DNA of 64,000 bases. It comes from a virus. A program made the translations under genes and the position numbers. Of the stretch, positions 44,325-53,575 are shown in pieces. The notes below the pieces were generated by a model that worked only from the letters and a program-made list of their open reading frames with translations, made no database searches and was not told the origin of the DNA. The first letter of the stretch is position 1. Each line of letters opens with the position of its first letter. The stretch covers positions 8,037-72,036 of IMG/VR virus record IMGVR_UViG_3300037461_001312. The stretch is one strand, 5' to 3'.

Positions 44325-47300
44325 TTATTGCTCTGCCCATGTTCCGACCGCCGACGTCGCGTACCAGTCCGTGGCATCGAAAGCAACTACGCAAATCTGG
44401 TTAGACGCACTGGAAGTGGCGGCGTAGTAATCTCCGGCAGCAGAAGTCCTCGCACCGGTGGTCATCACGATATAGTCTGTCCCATCCGTGTCTAGAGTAA
44501 GAGTCTGCGCATTGCCCTGGCCCATCTTAAAACAGACCCATGCCCCTGCTTCCGCCCCAGGGAGAGTGTAGGTAGTCGCTCCGGCAACGGTCGTTATAAA
44601 GAAAGTCCCTGCCTGAACCTGAGCTTGGGTGACGGCGTATTCCGTAGTCCCGCTGTTAACCACAACGGGAATTTTGCCAGAGATGGTCCCAGTGGTTACG
44701 ATGTTCAAAGCAGAAAAGCTGATTGCTGCCTCCGAGCTCGTCACAACCACGCTTCCCACGGTATCGTCGAGGTTGATGGTTAAGGTCTGGTCGTCCCCTG
44801 CGCTCTCACCGGTGAAGGTGATAGCCCCGTCATCGTCCGAGGTGAGGGCTACTCCTGTAGTCCCGACATGGACTCCCGTCGCCGCCGCAGTCGTTATGGC
44901 ACCCGTGGCCGTGATGGTCATGCCGGTGAGAGTTTTAGGAATATCCGCGTCTGCGATTGCCCTGAACGCCGGTGCGCCCGCCGTGGCCGTGGCAAACATC
45001 GCCTGAGTCGTGGTCGTGCTAGTCGCCGCCACCAGCACGGTCCCGGTCACATCGGGGAGGGTAGCTACTTTCGCTGAACTAGCATCCGTATTGATGAGTT
45101 GGATATTGTTAGTCGCTGCATCCCCAATGAAAATACTGGAGAAGGGTAGGGCAGTCGTTCCTATTACTGTCGCCCCTGCCGCGGAGGGCAGGATAGAAGT
45201 CGTGAATACAGGCGACGTCCCCAGCACCGGAGCGCCTGTGCCGGTCGACGCTGTCCACACGGGGATTGTCGTGACCCCCGCGCCTACCAGCTGATAGTTC
45301 GCGGCACCCGCGGCCAGGTATGACAGTGCCGCACTGGCCCCATTGGACATGAGGAAGGAGCCCACTGCGCCCGGAGCCAGGGCCGCTATCGTATTGGCCG
45401 TGGCCGCGTGGAGCAGGCCTCCCTGGACGTAGGTATCGGCAAAGGTAGAGGTTGAGTAGGCATTCAGGCTCGCCCCGGCTCGGAGGATAGTGCCTTCCGC
45501 GCCTTTGGCCAACCTTGCCCAGGTATTGTCGGCCGAGCCCTGGATCAGATCTCCCGCGGCATCGGCTAAGGTGTTGGCGATATTGCCTGAGGCCGTTCCC
45601 GTGAGTGCTCCTGTTACGCCTCCGTCCGCATAGATCATCCCGTCCACTTCCAGGAATCCCGTGATGTACGCGTCCGCGCCGTCCAGTGTCTGGGTCTGAG
45701 TCCCCGCGCCGATCTTCAGGTTGCCCGTGGTGATCTGGAACAGGTCCGTCGCGGCCACGAGCGCTGCGACCATGTCGTCGGTGGCGTTGACTCCCAGGGT
45801 CACGTCGGTTCCGGTAGCCGCCAGCTCCCACGCAATAGTAGCGGTGTTGGCCAGCCGCACTTGCCCCGCGTCAGCGGCGGTCGCTGCGGACCCGAGGATG
45901 ATGTAGGGTGATTCGATATAGGTCGTGAAGACCTGAGAGTCTATCAGAGCTAACGTTCCAGTAGTGGAAGGAAGGGTTAGAACTACCGCGCTAGCCGCTG
46001 CCGTGTTAATCAGTTGCACATTGTTGGTGGCTGCGTCTCCAATAAACACCGAGGAGAACGGGAGAAGTCCTGTCCCTAGGCTTGCGTTAGCGAACGTATT
46101 AGGCGTAATTGAGGTTTCAACCGTAGGAGCAGTGAAAGCCTGTACTCCGGTGAAGGTCTGCCCCGCGTCGGTTCGGGCCAAGGTAGCTGTGGTAGTGGGG
46201 AACGTGATCACCGTATTAGGAGTGAAGTCCAGGGTTATACTCGTTGCCCCATCGCCTAGGGTGAGAATCTCCGTGTCGGACTCGAAGTACATCTGCCCTG
46301 CTCCAGTGATCCCGCTTGCCGTTGCAGTCCCTACCACCATCGGGATGGAGGTCGTCGCACCTCCGGCGCTGAACGTCGCGGTCCCAGCAAAGGCGAGCGC
46401 TCCATTAGCACCAAATTGAGTGTAGTTCGTGCCGTCTCCTATCCTTGCCGCCGTGACGTCCGTGTCCGTAACGAGCACTTCAAACAGCACGCCGCCCGAG
46501 GGGTTCCCGGTATCCTGTAGAATCTGAAACTGCGAGCCAGTAGTAAAGGCCCCGGTGTACTGCCACACCACCTCCTCTCCGGCAGCGAAGACGATAGTCG
46601 AATCCCCCACCGGATCTCCTACAGTGTCCAGGGTGGGACTGCCTGCCGTCGCGTCTGCCCCGCAAGTCCAGTTGCCACTGCCGTCCGTCTTCAGAATATA
46701 TCCGGCAGAACAGGTATCGAAATCAAAGGTCTGGAGTGCATTGTCGGCACTTGACCCGCCGGCGTGGAGCAGTAGTTGATGACCGGTGGGGTTAATGCTT
46801 ATTTCTCCGCTTGAATCCGCGGAGGCGGTCGGCAGCCTGAGGTTGGTCACCCCGGCGAAAGAATGGGAAGTCCCGGTCCATGTCACCGAGTCTGCAGGAG
46901 TTACAATGTCCCGCTGGGTCCCGTTTTCGCACAGGGTGGCAACATCGTTCAGAAAGAACACACCGTCGCTGGAATAGCAGGCGGTCATGCTCGTGTTGCT
47001 TGTGAACCACGTGCCTCTCTGCTCGTTCGTGCCTGTGCCTCCTATGAACTTAGAGGCGTAGACAGTTCCTCCCGCCTCGACATCGCCTTCCACATACAGC
47101 GCGTTAGTCGCAGTGGCATATGTCGGCGCGCTGGTGTCGTCGTCATCGATGTTCACCTGGCGGGAGTTGCCTCCGATGATCCTGGAGCGGATCGTCACCG
47201 TGTCGGTGTCTGCGTCGCCAAGCACATAGGACCCCGTCAGAGTGCCCGCGAAGGCCGGATTGGCTGCAGCGCCACCGGACATGAGAAGCTGTCCTGCCGT

Positions 47301-49346
47301 GCCCGCCGAGCCCAGGGTAGCCGGAGCGGCACCGGCACCGCCGCCCATGACAATCTGATACTGGGCGAGAGCGGCGGAGGAGGTTATCGCATCCGAAGCG
47401 CTGTAGTACGGAACACCGCCGGAGGTTCCGGAAGTCAGCCCCGTACCGCCGTTCCCCACCGGCAGGGTGCCTGTGACTCCGTTGGCGAGGTTGACCTGCG
47501 CCCACGCTGGGTTGTTGTTGGTCCCCGTGTTGGACAGGTACCTGGTCGCAGTAGCGTCCTTGGCGAGCCGGGCCCATGCGGTTCCGCTGGATGCGTACAG
47601 CGTGTCCCCCTGGGCCTGGCTCGTGATGGTTATCTTCGACGCGTCGATCGTGTCGCTCAGGTTCAGCTGCGTCGTGCCTATGGTCAGGTTCTTGCCGGTG
47701 GCGATCGTCACGGAGGAGTTGCTGGTTATCAGCCCGTCCCCGAATGTCAGCGACGGGTCGAGCGTACCGGAGTTGTCCCACGTCCAGGCGATAGACGCCG
47801 CGCCACCCGCGGCCCAGGTGCGGGCGCCTGTGATCTCGGCGGTATCTACCGCCAGGGTATAGGTACTGTTAGCCCCGCCATCTACTTCTGATAACCCAGC
47901 GCCCGCTACCAGATATCTATCCGCAGTCAACGTCGAGTCATTCGCTCCGATGAGCATATAGGGAGAGTCGATGGGCGCTGCCGCCGCGGCGAACGCCTTC
48001 CAGCCCGAGTCGTAGATCTTTATGGAAGATGACGCCGTATCCCAGGCGATATAGCCTACGCCAGCAGACGGGTTGAAGTTGCCCCAGGCGGGGAGCTTCA
48101 GGCCCTCGGGAGTGGTGCTGGAGTGCGTGATGCCAGAGAAGTCTATGAGGTCTCCGTCCGCGAACGTCAGGGTCGCACCCAGGTTCGCCGCGGTTAGATC
48201 AGTTCCGATATAAGCTGCCGCTATGGCCGTCCCATTCCACGTGCCCGCTACGATGGTGCCGGCGTCCGTGATACCACCTGTGAACGTCGTGGCGGGAGTG
48301 ATTGTCACGCTGGTCGTGTTCGCGTCCCCGATAGTCAACACCTCTGTCGCGCTGACCGTCATCGCCGTGACTTCCCCGGTGCCCTCGGTGTCCTCGAATA
48401 TGATCGTGCCCGTGTTGGGCAGGCGGATCGTCCCCGCGTCAGCAGGATTAGTACCCAGAGCCAGGCTGGCCCCGCCAGAAATATTATCGCTCCCATCTAT
48501 CAGCACCCCGGTCTTCTTGACGCCCTTGGCCCCGTCGTCACCGACCACGACCGCGGTCGTGTCTATAGCCGCCGCGGCGGTGACATCGCCAGCGCCTGCG
48601 GTGGGAGACGTCCAGCTGAGCACTCCTGACCCGTCGGTAGTAAGCACCTGGCTGGCAGTCCCGTCCGTCGTGGGCAGAGTCAGAGTATACCCGGCGGCTA
48701 TCGCCGGCACCTGGATCTTCACCGCGTCGGTCCCGTCACTGGAGTCCTCATAGATGTTGATAAATCCCGACGCCGTCGCCCCATACTTCACGTCTATGCC
48801 TGCGTTGAAAGTCGCAAGGCCCGTCGTGGCCAGCGTCCCCACTCCAGACATGTTGTCGCTGTCGTCCAGCGCCACGCCGGACTTCTGCACCTTGGGCAGC
48901 GTAGTCCCGTCTGCGCGGATGAGCACATTGTCCGTGACGAAGTTGGACACGCCGGAGATGACTAGGTCGGCAGTGGTGCCTGCCAGGTTGGGGATATACA
49001 GCGTCCCGTCGGACCCGGTCGCGTCCCGGCCGACCAGGATCGTCTCCACCCCGTCCGCGGTGGTGCCCTCGAAGTAGAGGGTATTGCCCTCGCCGTCCGC
49101 GGTGAACACGCCGGTCGTGGTGCCATCGCCGACCTGGGTGATGGTGCCTGTGCCACCGACGGTCAGTGTCGCCACGCCGCTGGTCAGTGCCAGGCTGGTG
49201 TTCGGCACGATCATCTTCACCGCGAATCCGGCAGGCGACCCGTCCGCCTCCTCCAGCAGCATGCCGATGCTGCGCTGGGCGTAGGACGTGCCCGATAAGG
49301 CCAGTACCGCTATCATCACCATAGCTACAATCAGCTTGTTCTTCAT
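44325..49346 (-). CDS. Long tail-fibre-like protein (1673 aa) with an N-terminal signal peptide
   Basis: Start MKNKLIVAMVMIAVLALSGTSYA at 49346 (GAGG RBS); Thr/Gly/Ala-rich with fibre-type repeats (TLTLP..DG, GD.LYA..WARL). Confidence 0.8.
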   Translation of the reverse strand: MKNKLIVAMVMIAVLALSGTSYAQRSIGMLLEEADGSPAGFAVKMIVPNTSLALTSGVATLTVGGTGTITQVGDGTTTGVFTADGEGNTLYFEGTTADGVETILVGRDATGSDGTLYIPNLAGTTADLVISGVSNFVTDNVLIRADGTTLPKVQKSGVALDDSDNMSGVGTLATTGLATFNAGIDVKYGATASGFINIYEDSSDGTDAVKIQVPAIAAGYTLTLPTTDGTASQVLTTDGSGVLSWTSPTAGAGDVTAAAAIDTTAVVVGDDGAKGVKKTGVLIDGSDNISGGASLALGTNPADAGTIRLPNTGTIIFEDTEGTGEVTAMTVSATEVLTIGDANTTSVTITPATTFTGGITDAGTIVAGTWNGTAIAAAYIGTDLTAANLGATLTFADGDLIDFSGITHSSTTPEGLKLPAWGNFNPSAGVGYIAWDTASSSIKIYDSGWKAFAAAAAPIDSPYMLIGANDSTLTADRYLVAGAGLSEVDGGANSTYTLAVDTAEITGARTWAAGGAASIAWTWDNSGTLDPSLTFGDGLITSNSSVTIATGKNLTIGTTQLNLSDTIDASKITITSQAQGDTLYASSGTAWARLAKDATATRYLSNTGTNNNPAWAQVNLANGVTGTLPVGNGGTGLTSGTSGGVPYYSASDAITSSAALAQYQIVMGGGAGAAPATLGSAGTAGQLLMSGGAAANPAFAGTLTGSYVLGDADTDTVTIRSRIIGGNSRQVNIDDDDTSAPTYATATNALYVEGDVEAGGTVYASKFIGGTGTNEQRGTWFTSNTSMTACYSSDGVFFLNDVATLCENGTQRDIVTPADSVTWTGTSHSFAGVTNLRLPTASADSSGEISINPTGHQLLLHAGGSSADNALQTFDFDTCSAGYILKTDGSGNWTCGADATAGSPTLDTVGDPVGDSTIVFAAGEEVVWQYTGAFTTGSQFQILQDTGNPSGGVLFEVLVTDTDVTAARIGDGTNYTQFGANGALAFAGTATFSAGGATTSIPMVVGTATASGITGAGQMYFESDTEILTLGDGATSITLDFTPNTVITFPTTTATLARTDAGQTFTGVQAFTAPTVETSITPNTFANASLGTGLLPFSSVFIGDAATNNVQLINTAAASAVVLTLPSTTGTLALIDSQVFTTYIESPYIILGSAATAADAGQVRLANTATIAWELAATGTDVTLGVNATDDMVAALVAATDLFQITTGNLKIGAGTQTQTLDGADAYITGFLEVDGMIYADGGVTGALTGTASGNIANTLADAAGDLIQGSADNTWARLAKGAEGTILRAGASLNAYSTSTFADTYVQGGLLHAATANTIAALAPGAVGSFLMSNGASAALSYLAAGAANYQLVGAGVTTIPVWTASTGTGAPVLGTSPVFTTSILPSAAGATVIGTTALPFSSIFIGDAATNNIQLINTDASSAKVATLPDVTGTVLVAATSTTTTQAMFATATAGAPAFRAIADADIPKTLTGMTITATGAITTAAATGVHVGTTGVALTSDDDGAITFTGESAGDDQTLTINLDDTVGSVVVTSSEAAISFSALNIVTTGTISGKIPVVVNSGTTEYAVTQAQVQAGTFFITTVAGATTYTLPGAEAGAWVCFKMGQGNAQTLTLDTDGTDYIVMTTGARTSAAGDYYAATSSASNQICVVAFDATDWYATSAVGTWAEQ

Positions 49347-49386
49347 GCCCACACCTCGCTTATTGCTTCGCTTCGCGAAGCGAAGA

Positions 49387-49944
49387 CTACAGATGTTCCT
49401 TCGCGTCAAACCACCCGTGGATGTTGAACGAGGACGACGCGACGTCCGTGACGATGTTGATCGCCACCTCGCCCAGGTATCCCAGGATCAGCGTCCCGTC
49501 CAGGTTGATGTCGTGCACGTTCGTCGCGGGCATCTGGTAACAGGACAGCAGAGTCATCCCCGCGCCCGCGTCGACACCGGTGTTCGTGTGCCTGCAGGTC
49601 GCCTGGGCGACATTGTTGATGCTGCGGTTCATGCAGGTCCCGACGACGGCCGTGCCTGCTACCGCATTGCCCGTGCCCACCCAGATCTCGACCACGGCAG
49701 TGGCCGCCACGGAAGCGGTGATACGCTCGACATGCAGCACCTTCACGGTCGAGTCGTTGCGCAGCCAGAGGACGTTCTTGTCCGCTCCCCAGTCCGCCGT
49801 CGCGGTCCACACATACGCCTCGCCTTCGGTCCTGGATATGGCAGAGATAGCGCTGAACACGACGGAATCCGTGTGGAGCCTGTTGAGTATGCAGACCTCC
49901 GCCTCTCTGCCGCTGCCTTTCCCGTCTCTTATTGTCATTCCCAT
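49387..49944 (-). CDS. Hypothetical virion protein
   Basis: Packed in the late operon, GC3 bias. Confidence 0.7.
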   Translation of the reverse strand: MGMTIRDGKGSGREAEVCILNRLHTDSVVFSAISAISRTEGEAYVWTATADWGADKNVLWLRNDSTVKVLHVERITASVAATAVVEIWVGTGNAVAGTAVVGTCMNRSINNVAQATCRHTNTGVDAGAGMTLLSCYQMPATNVHDINLDGTLILGYLGEVAINIVTDVASSSFNIHGWFDAKEHL

Positions 49945-49947
49945 AGC

Positions 49948-50130
49948 TCATTCCTCCGTATCAAAATACGTCCCTGTCAGCTCTGCCAGGTACTTGTTCA
50001 TCGCGCGCAGCTCGGACAGGATAGACTGCAGCAGGATCCTCGTGTCGGGGAAATCCACCTCCAGTGGATTGCTGCGGACTCCGGCGATCTGGCCGTCGCC
50101 GTCCACTATTCTGGTTGCGCCACCGCTCAT
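49948..50130 (-). CDS. Small hypothetical protein
   Basis: ATGA overlap with the upstream gene. Confidence 0.65.
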   Translation of the reverse strand: MSGGATRIVDGDGQIAGVRSNPLEVDFPDTRILLQSILSELRAMNKYLAELTGTYFDTEE

Positions 50131-50429
50131 CCGATGTACACGTAGAGCAGGCTACCGGATCCCGCGTTGTCGATCGTGGCCAGGATGAACCCGTTGTACC
50201 ACTGCTCCAGGACGGTCTGCTCCAGCCCGTAGGACTCGTTGTTCACTCCCGAGGCGGCCGCGCGGATTCCCCAGATCTGGACGCCAGAGCCGTCGGTCAC
50301 GACGCAGTCATCGTCGGCCGCGGACGGCTTGAACACCATCTTCTTGATGTAGACGGGTTCGGTGGACGTCTTGATCGTGGCCGCCGTGTCCAGGGTCCAT
50401 ATGTTCTTTCCCAGGTTAGTATTCGCCAT
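50127..50429 (-). CDS. Hypothetical virion protein
   Basis: GGAGG RBS; beta-rich 100 aa. Confidence 0.7.
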   Translation of the reverse strand: MANTNLGKNIWTLDTAATIKTSTEPVYIKKMVFKPSAADDDCVVTDGSGVQIWGIRAAASGVNNESYGLEQTVLEQWYNGFILATIDNAGSGSLLYVYIG

Positions 50430-50433
50430 GGCC

Positions 50434-50730
50434 CTATACCTCCTTTACGCTCGTAACCACATCCGTAGGCATCTTGGGCCTGAACACGACGAAGTCCTGT
50501 ACAGGAGACCATGGGCCCCATTGGATGAAAGCCCTGGACCACCTGGCTCCGGCCCGGATGCGGATCTTATGAGTTCCGTCGGACAGCCCGGTAAGGTCCG
50601 CCTCCATTCCTCCGTCTGGCAGAGCAGGGAACTCCTTCTGCTCTATTCCGTTGAGCTCAATCTGATAGTGGGTAACCCCAGCCTGTGCCCCGGCTGTAAG
50701 AATCTTTTTCAGTTTTTTCTCTACTGTCAT
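50434..50730 (-). CDS. FN3/Ig-like small protein
   Basis: DLTGLSDGTHKIRIRA...WGPWS FN3-type pattern. Confidence 0.6.
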   Translation of the reverse strand: MTVEKKLKKILTAGAQAGVTHYQIELNGIEQKEFPALPDGGMEADLTGLSDGTHKIRIRAGARWSRAFIQWGPWSPVQDFVVFRPKMPTDVVTSVKEV

Positions 50731-50735
50731 CTCCG

Positions 50736-51218
50736 TTATCCTCCTTGCTTGACTAAGTCTGATTTCCTGAACGCTTCCAGCAGCTGGGGGAGTATGGAAT
50801 CCCAGCTGTATACGAACGCACGCTGCACGTCGACCCGGTGCCGGGTGATGACCACCTCGACCACGCCAGGGATCGTCCCCAGCGCCGCACTGAGCCTATA
50901 GGCCTTGGTGTTCCGGTCCGCGTCCCTGTCCTTGGACCAGGTGAAGGTCCCGGCGCCCAAGATCGGGTCCCAGGTGGAGAACACGGCCACGAGGCTGCTG
51001 CCCCCGTTCTGGGTCGCTACGATGGTGTACTGGCCCTGGTCGAATCCGACCCATTGGCCTGGGGTCGGGGTAACAGTCCTCGGCTGCGCCTGCGGCTGCG
51101 CCACCGCCGCCGGCGCCGACGCCGACGCCCCTGGCTTGGGTGCGTCTGCCGCAAAGGTTCCCGCTAGAGGAACCACACACAATGACAGCAACACGACTAC
51201 GATTGCCAATCTCCTCAT
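50736..51218 (-). CDS. Secreted protein with Ala/Pro-rich linker
   Basis: Start 51218: MRRLAIVVVLLSLCVVPLAGTFA-ADAPKPG. Confidence 0.7.
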   Translation of the reverse strand: MRRLAIVVVLLSLCVVPLAGTFAADAPKPGASASAPAAVAQPQAQPRTVTPTPGQWVGFDQGQYTIVATQNGGSSLVAVFSTWDPILGAGTFTWSKDRDADRNTKAYRLSAALGTIPGVVEVVITRHRVDVQRAFVYSWDSILPQLLEAFRKSDLVKQGG

Positions 51219-51859
51219 ACAATATTCCCCCTGTTGGTTTTTATTATCGGGACAGTGGCCAGATGCCCTACCACCGTGTCCAGATCTACATATGTCTTGT
51301 ATCCTGCCTTGTGGATCTTGTCGATGAAGTCGAAATCCACGTGGTTCGCTCGTTCCAGTCCGTCCACGCTCGCTCTGGCCTCGTACCATGGAGGAGGGAT
51401 GCTGGCCAGGACTTCCCGGGAATAGATCATGTTCGTGTGGGCATATGGAACCTCCACCACACCGGACAGACCAGACAGGTCCATCGGCCTCAATCTAGGG
51501 TGCTCATGGCTAGTGAAGGCCAGTGGCATGTATCCGCTGTGATCCCACCGGTCGTGTATAAGGGGTCCGACGACCTTGTGCTTCTCTGCCAGCGGCAACA
51601 GCCTCTCGAAGTAGTTGTCCGGATACTGCTGGTCGATGTCCATCTTGGCCAGGTAACTGCAGCCGCTGGACAGGAACTTGGCTATGATCTGATTGTTGCG
51701 TACGATGTCCCAGGGATGGGATGCTCGGAAGACGACGACAGGGCATACCGGCCGTATGGTTACAAACGACCAGAAGAAATCGGCAGGGACGGATTCCTGT
51801 GAATTGCATATCCCTACAAATACTTGTGCAGTGCCTCCTGCGCTTTCCATTTTGGCCAA
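51215..51859 (-). CDS. GT-A/GT2-like glycosyltransferase
   Basis: RNNQII, YLAKMDIDQ (DxD), DFDFI.K, DLDTVVGH. Confidence 0.8.
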   Translation of the reverse strand: MAKMESAGGTAQVFVGICNSQESVPADFFWSFVTIRPVCPVVVFRASHPWDIVRNNQIIAKFLSSGCSYLAKMDIDQQYPDNYFERLLPLAEKHKVVGPLIHDRWDHSGYMPLAFTSHEHPRLRPMDLSGLSGVVEVPYAHTNMIYSREVLASIPPPWYEARASVDGLERANHVDFDFIDKIHKAGYKTYVDLDTVVGHLATVPIIKTNRGNIV

Positions 51860-52578
51860 TCCTTGAACCTGTCGCCATAGGACTCGTCTATCGGGAACAC
51901 GTCCAGGTGGATGATGTCTATAGTCAGGTCACACAATATCCGCGCTCCGCCCTCCATCACCAGCCTGTAGCAGAAGGTCGTGTCCATCGACGCGGTCCTG
52001 TTATAGTCGTCATCCGATACCCTCTCCGAGAACCAGGGCTTCTTCATCTTGCCCAGCAGGTTCACGTCGAACATCAACGCTCCGGAGCCTGTGGATACGA
52101 TCTCCTGATACGGTCCGTCCGCCGGGTCCACCAGCTTCATGTAATCCGTATTATAGCAATCTCCTGTCTTATTGCCGTTGTCGTCTTTCCACTTCCATCC
52201 TATCTTGATGAACGGCTTGTCGATCTTGTCGCTCTTCACCCAGCCCCGACACGGGACCAAGGCGGAGACTACCGGCCATCCATTCGCCGCGTGCTCGGAG
52301 AACTTCACGAGTATATCCGCCGGATGCATCTGGTCCGCCCCGAGGAAGCACACGTGCGTCGCTCCCCAGGCCATGGCCCTTTCGACGCCGTCCATGTGGC
52401 GCCGGGCCGGGCACCACCCGAAACCGGGGAAGAAGCGGACATCCGTGTCTTTCGGCCGCTCCAGGTTCATCATATTGTAGGCGCCATGGGTCCATACGAA
52501 AGGAGATCCCCAGGCCGTGCATACCGCAATGCGTTTAGGCCTAAGGATCTCCCCCATAGTGTGATCCAGATCAGTCAT
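51814..52578 (-). CDS. GT-A/GT2-like glycosyltransferase
   Basis: THVCFLGADQ, GSGALMF, PWF, DTTFC, DLTIDIIH. Confidence 0.8.
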   Translation of the reverse strand: MTDLDHTMGEILRPKRIAVCTAWGSPFVWTHGAYNMMNLERPKDTDVRFFPGFGWCPARRHMDGVERAMAWGATHVCFLGADQMHPADILVKFSEHAANGWPVVSALVPCRGWVKSDKIDKPFIKIGWKWKDDNGNKTGDCYNTDYMKLVDPADGPYQEIVSTGSGALMFDVNLLGKMKKPWFSERVSDDDYNRTASMDTTFCYRLVMEGGARILCDLTIDIIHLDVFPIDESYGDRFKDWPKWKAQEALHKYL

Positions 52579-52589
52579 ATCGCACCCGC

Positions 52590-53507
52590 CTATGCCGTGG
52601 TCGTTGTGGCTGGGTGCTTTATGGTGAACTGCGCGGCTTTGGCCGCCTCGGTCGCCAAGAGGTCAATAGTTCCAAGGATATTGGACGGCAGGATTATATC
52701 CGTGACGTCTGCCGTATACGCCAGGCAATTCGCGACCAAGCCTGTACTGGCTGCAAGAGGTTTTATAGCAGGCTCTCCGTCGGCCATACCCATGAAAACA
52801 CAGTCCTTGATCAGCCAGCCCAGCGAGGCGCTGGAGCTGACCGTGATGATGCCATGGTCGCATCCTGCCGAGCCCACCACATTGAAATAGCACCCGGATA
52901 CAATCACCCGGTGCACCATCACGCTGCTGAAGATGATCGCATCTGGCCCCGCCGCCGATGCGACGAAGCTGCAGTTCTTGATCGAGATGTCCGTCGAGGC
53001 GGTCCCACTGAGCAGAATCGTGTACAGCTGCTTCGACGCCGGGGCGAAAAAGCACCCTTCCACATCGACGTAGGATCCGGAGATCGTCAGCAGCGGCTCG
53101 TTGGTCCCCGTGGCGGAGCCGGTGAAGTAGACGTTGGCGATGCGGTTGTTGGAGCCCGAGACGGTCAGCATCCCCGTGCTTCCCGTGGTGCCCTGCGTCA
53201 GGTTAGGTCTCGCCGTGCCGTTGCCCAGCCCAATGATGGACACGTTCGCTATGCTCAGCGTCACCGTGGTGCTGATGGTCTCCGCATGAGACGGCATCAG
53301 GATGATCACGTCGCCTTTGTTCGTGGTGCAGGCGGTGATGGCCGTGGTCAAGGTCGCGAACGCCTGAGTCGGATCCAAGCCACTGTTGCTGTTGGACCCG
53401 GTGGCGGAGTCTACAAAATAGACTGTTCCGGTGGTGACGATCGGTCCCGCGCCGATTACCGGGATGCCAAACGATGAGATGCCGTGTGGATATCTTGAAA
53501 GAGTCAT
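52590..53507 (-). CDS. Right-handed beta-helix (pectin-lyase-fold) virion protein
   Basis: YFVDSATGSNSNSG...AFATL...GDVIIL, then repeated I.N..F turns. Confidence 0.8.
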   Translation of the reverse strand: MTLSRYPHGISSFGIPVIGAGPIVTTGTVYFVDSATGSNSNSGLDPTQAFATLTTAITACTTNKGDVIILMPSHAETISTTVTLSIANVSIIGLGNGTARPNLTQGTTGSTGMLTVSGSNNRIANVYFTGSATGTNEPLLTISGSYVDVEGCFFAPASKQLYTILLSGTASTDISIKNCSFVASAAGPDAIIFSSVMVHRVIVSGCYFNVVGSAGCDHGIITVSSSASLGWLIKDCVFMGMADGEPAIKPLAASTGLVANCLAYTADVTDIILPSNILGTIDLLATEAAKAAQFTIKHPATTTTA

Positions 53508-53575
53508 GGTTTAATCCTCCTGGAATAGGATGCCTGCCCTGTCTCATGCACGCATGGGGAGAATTCCACTCCCCC

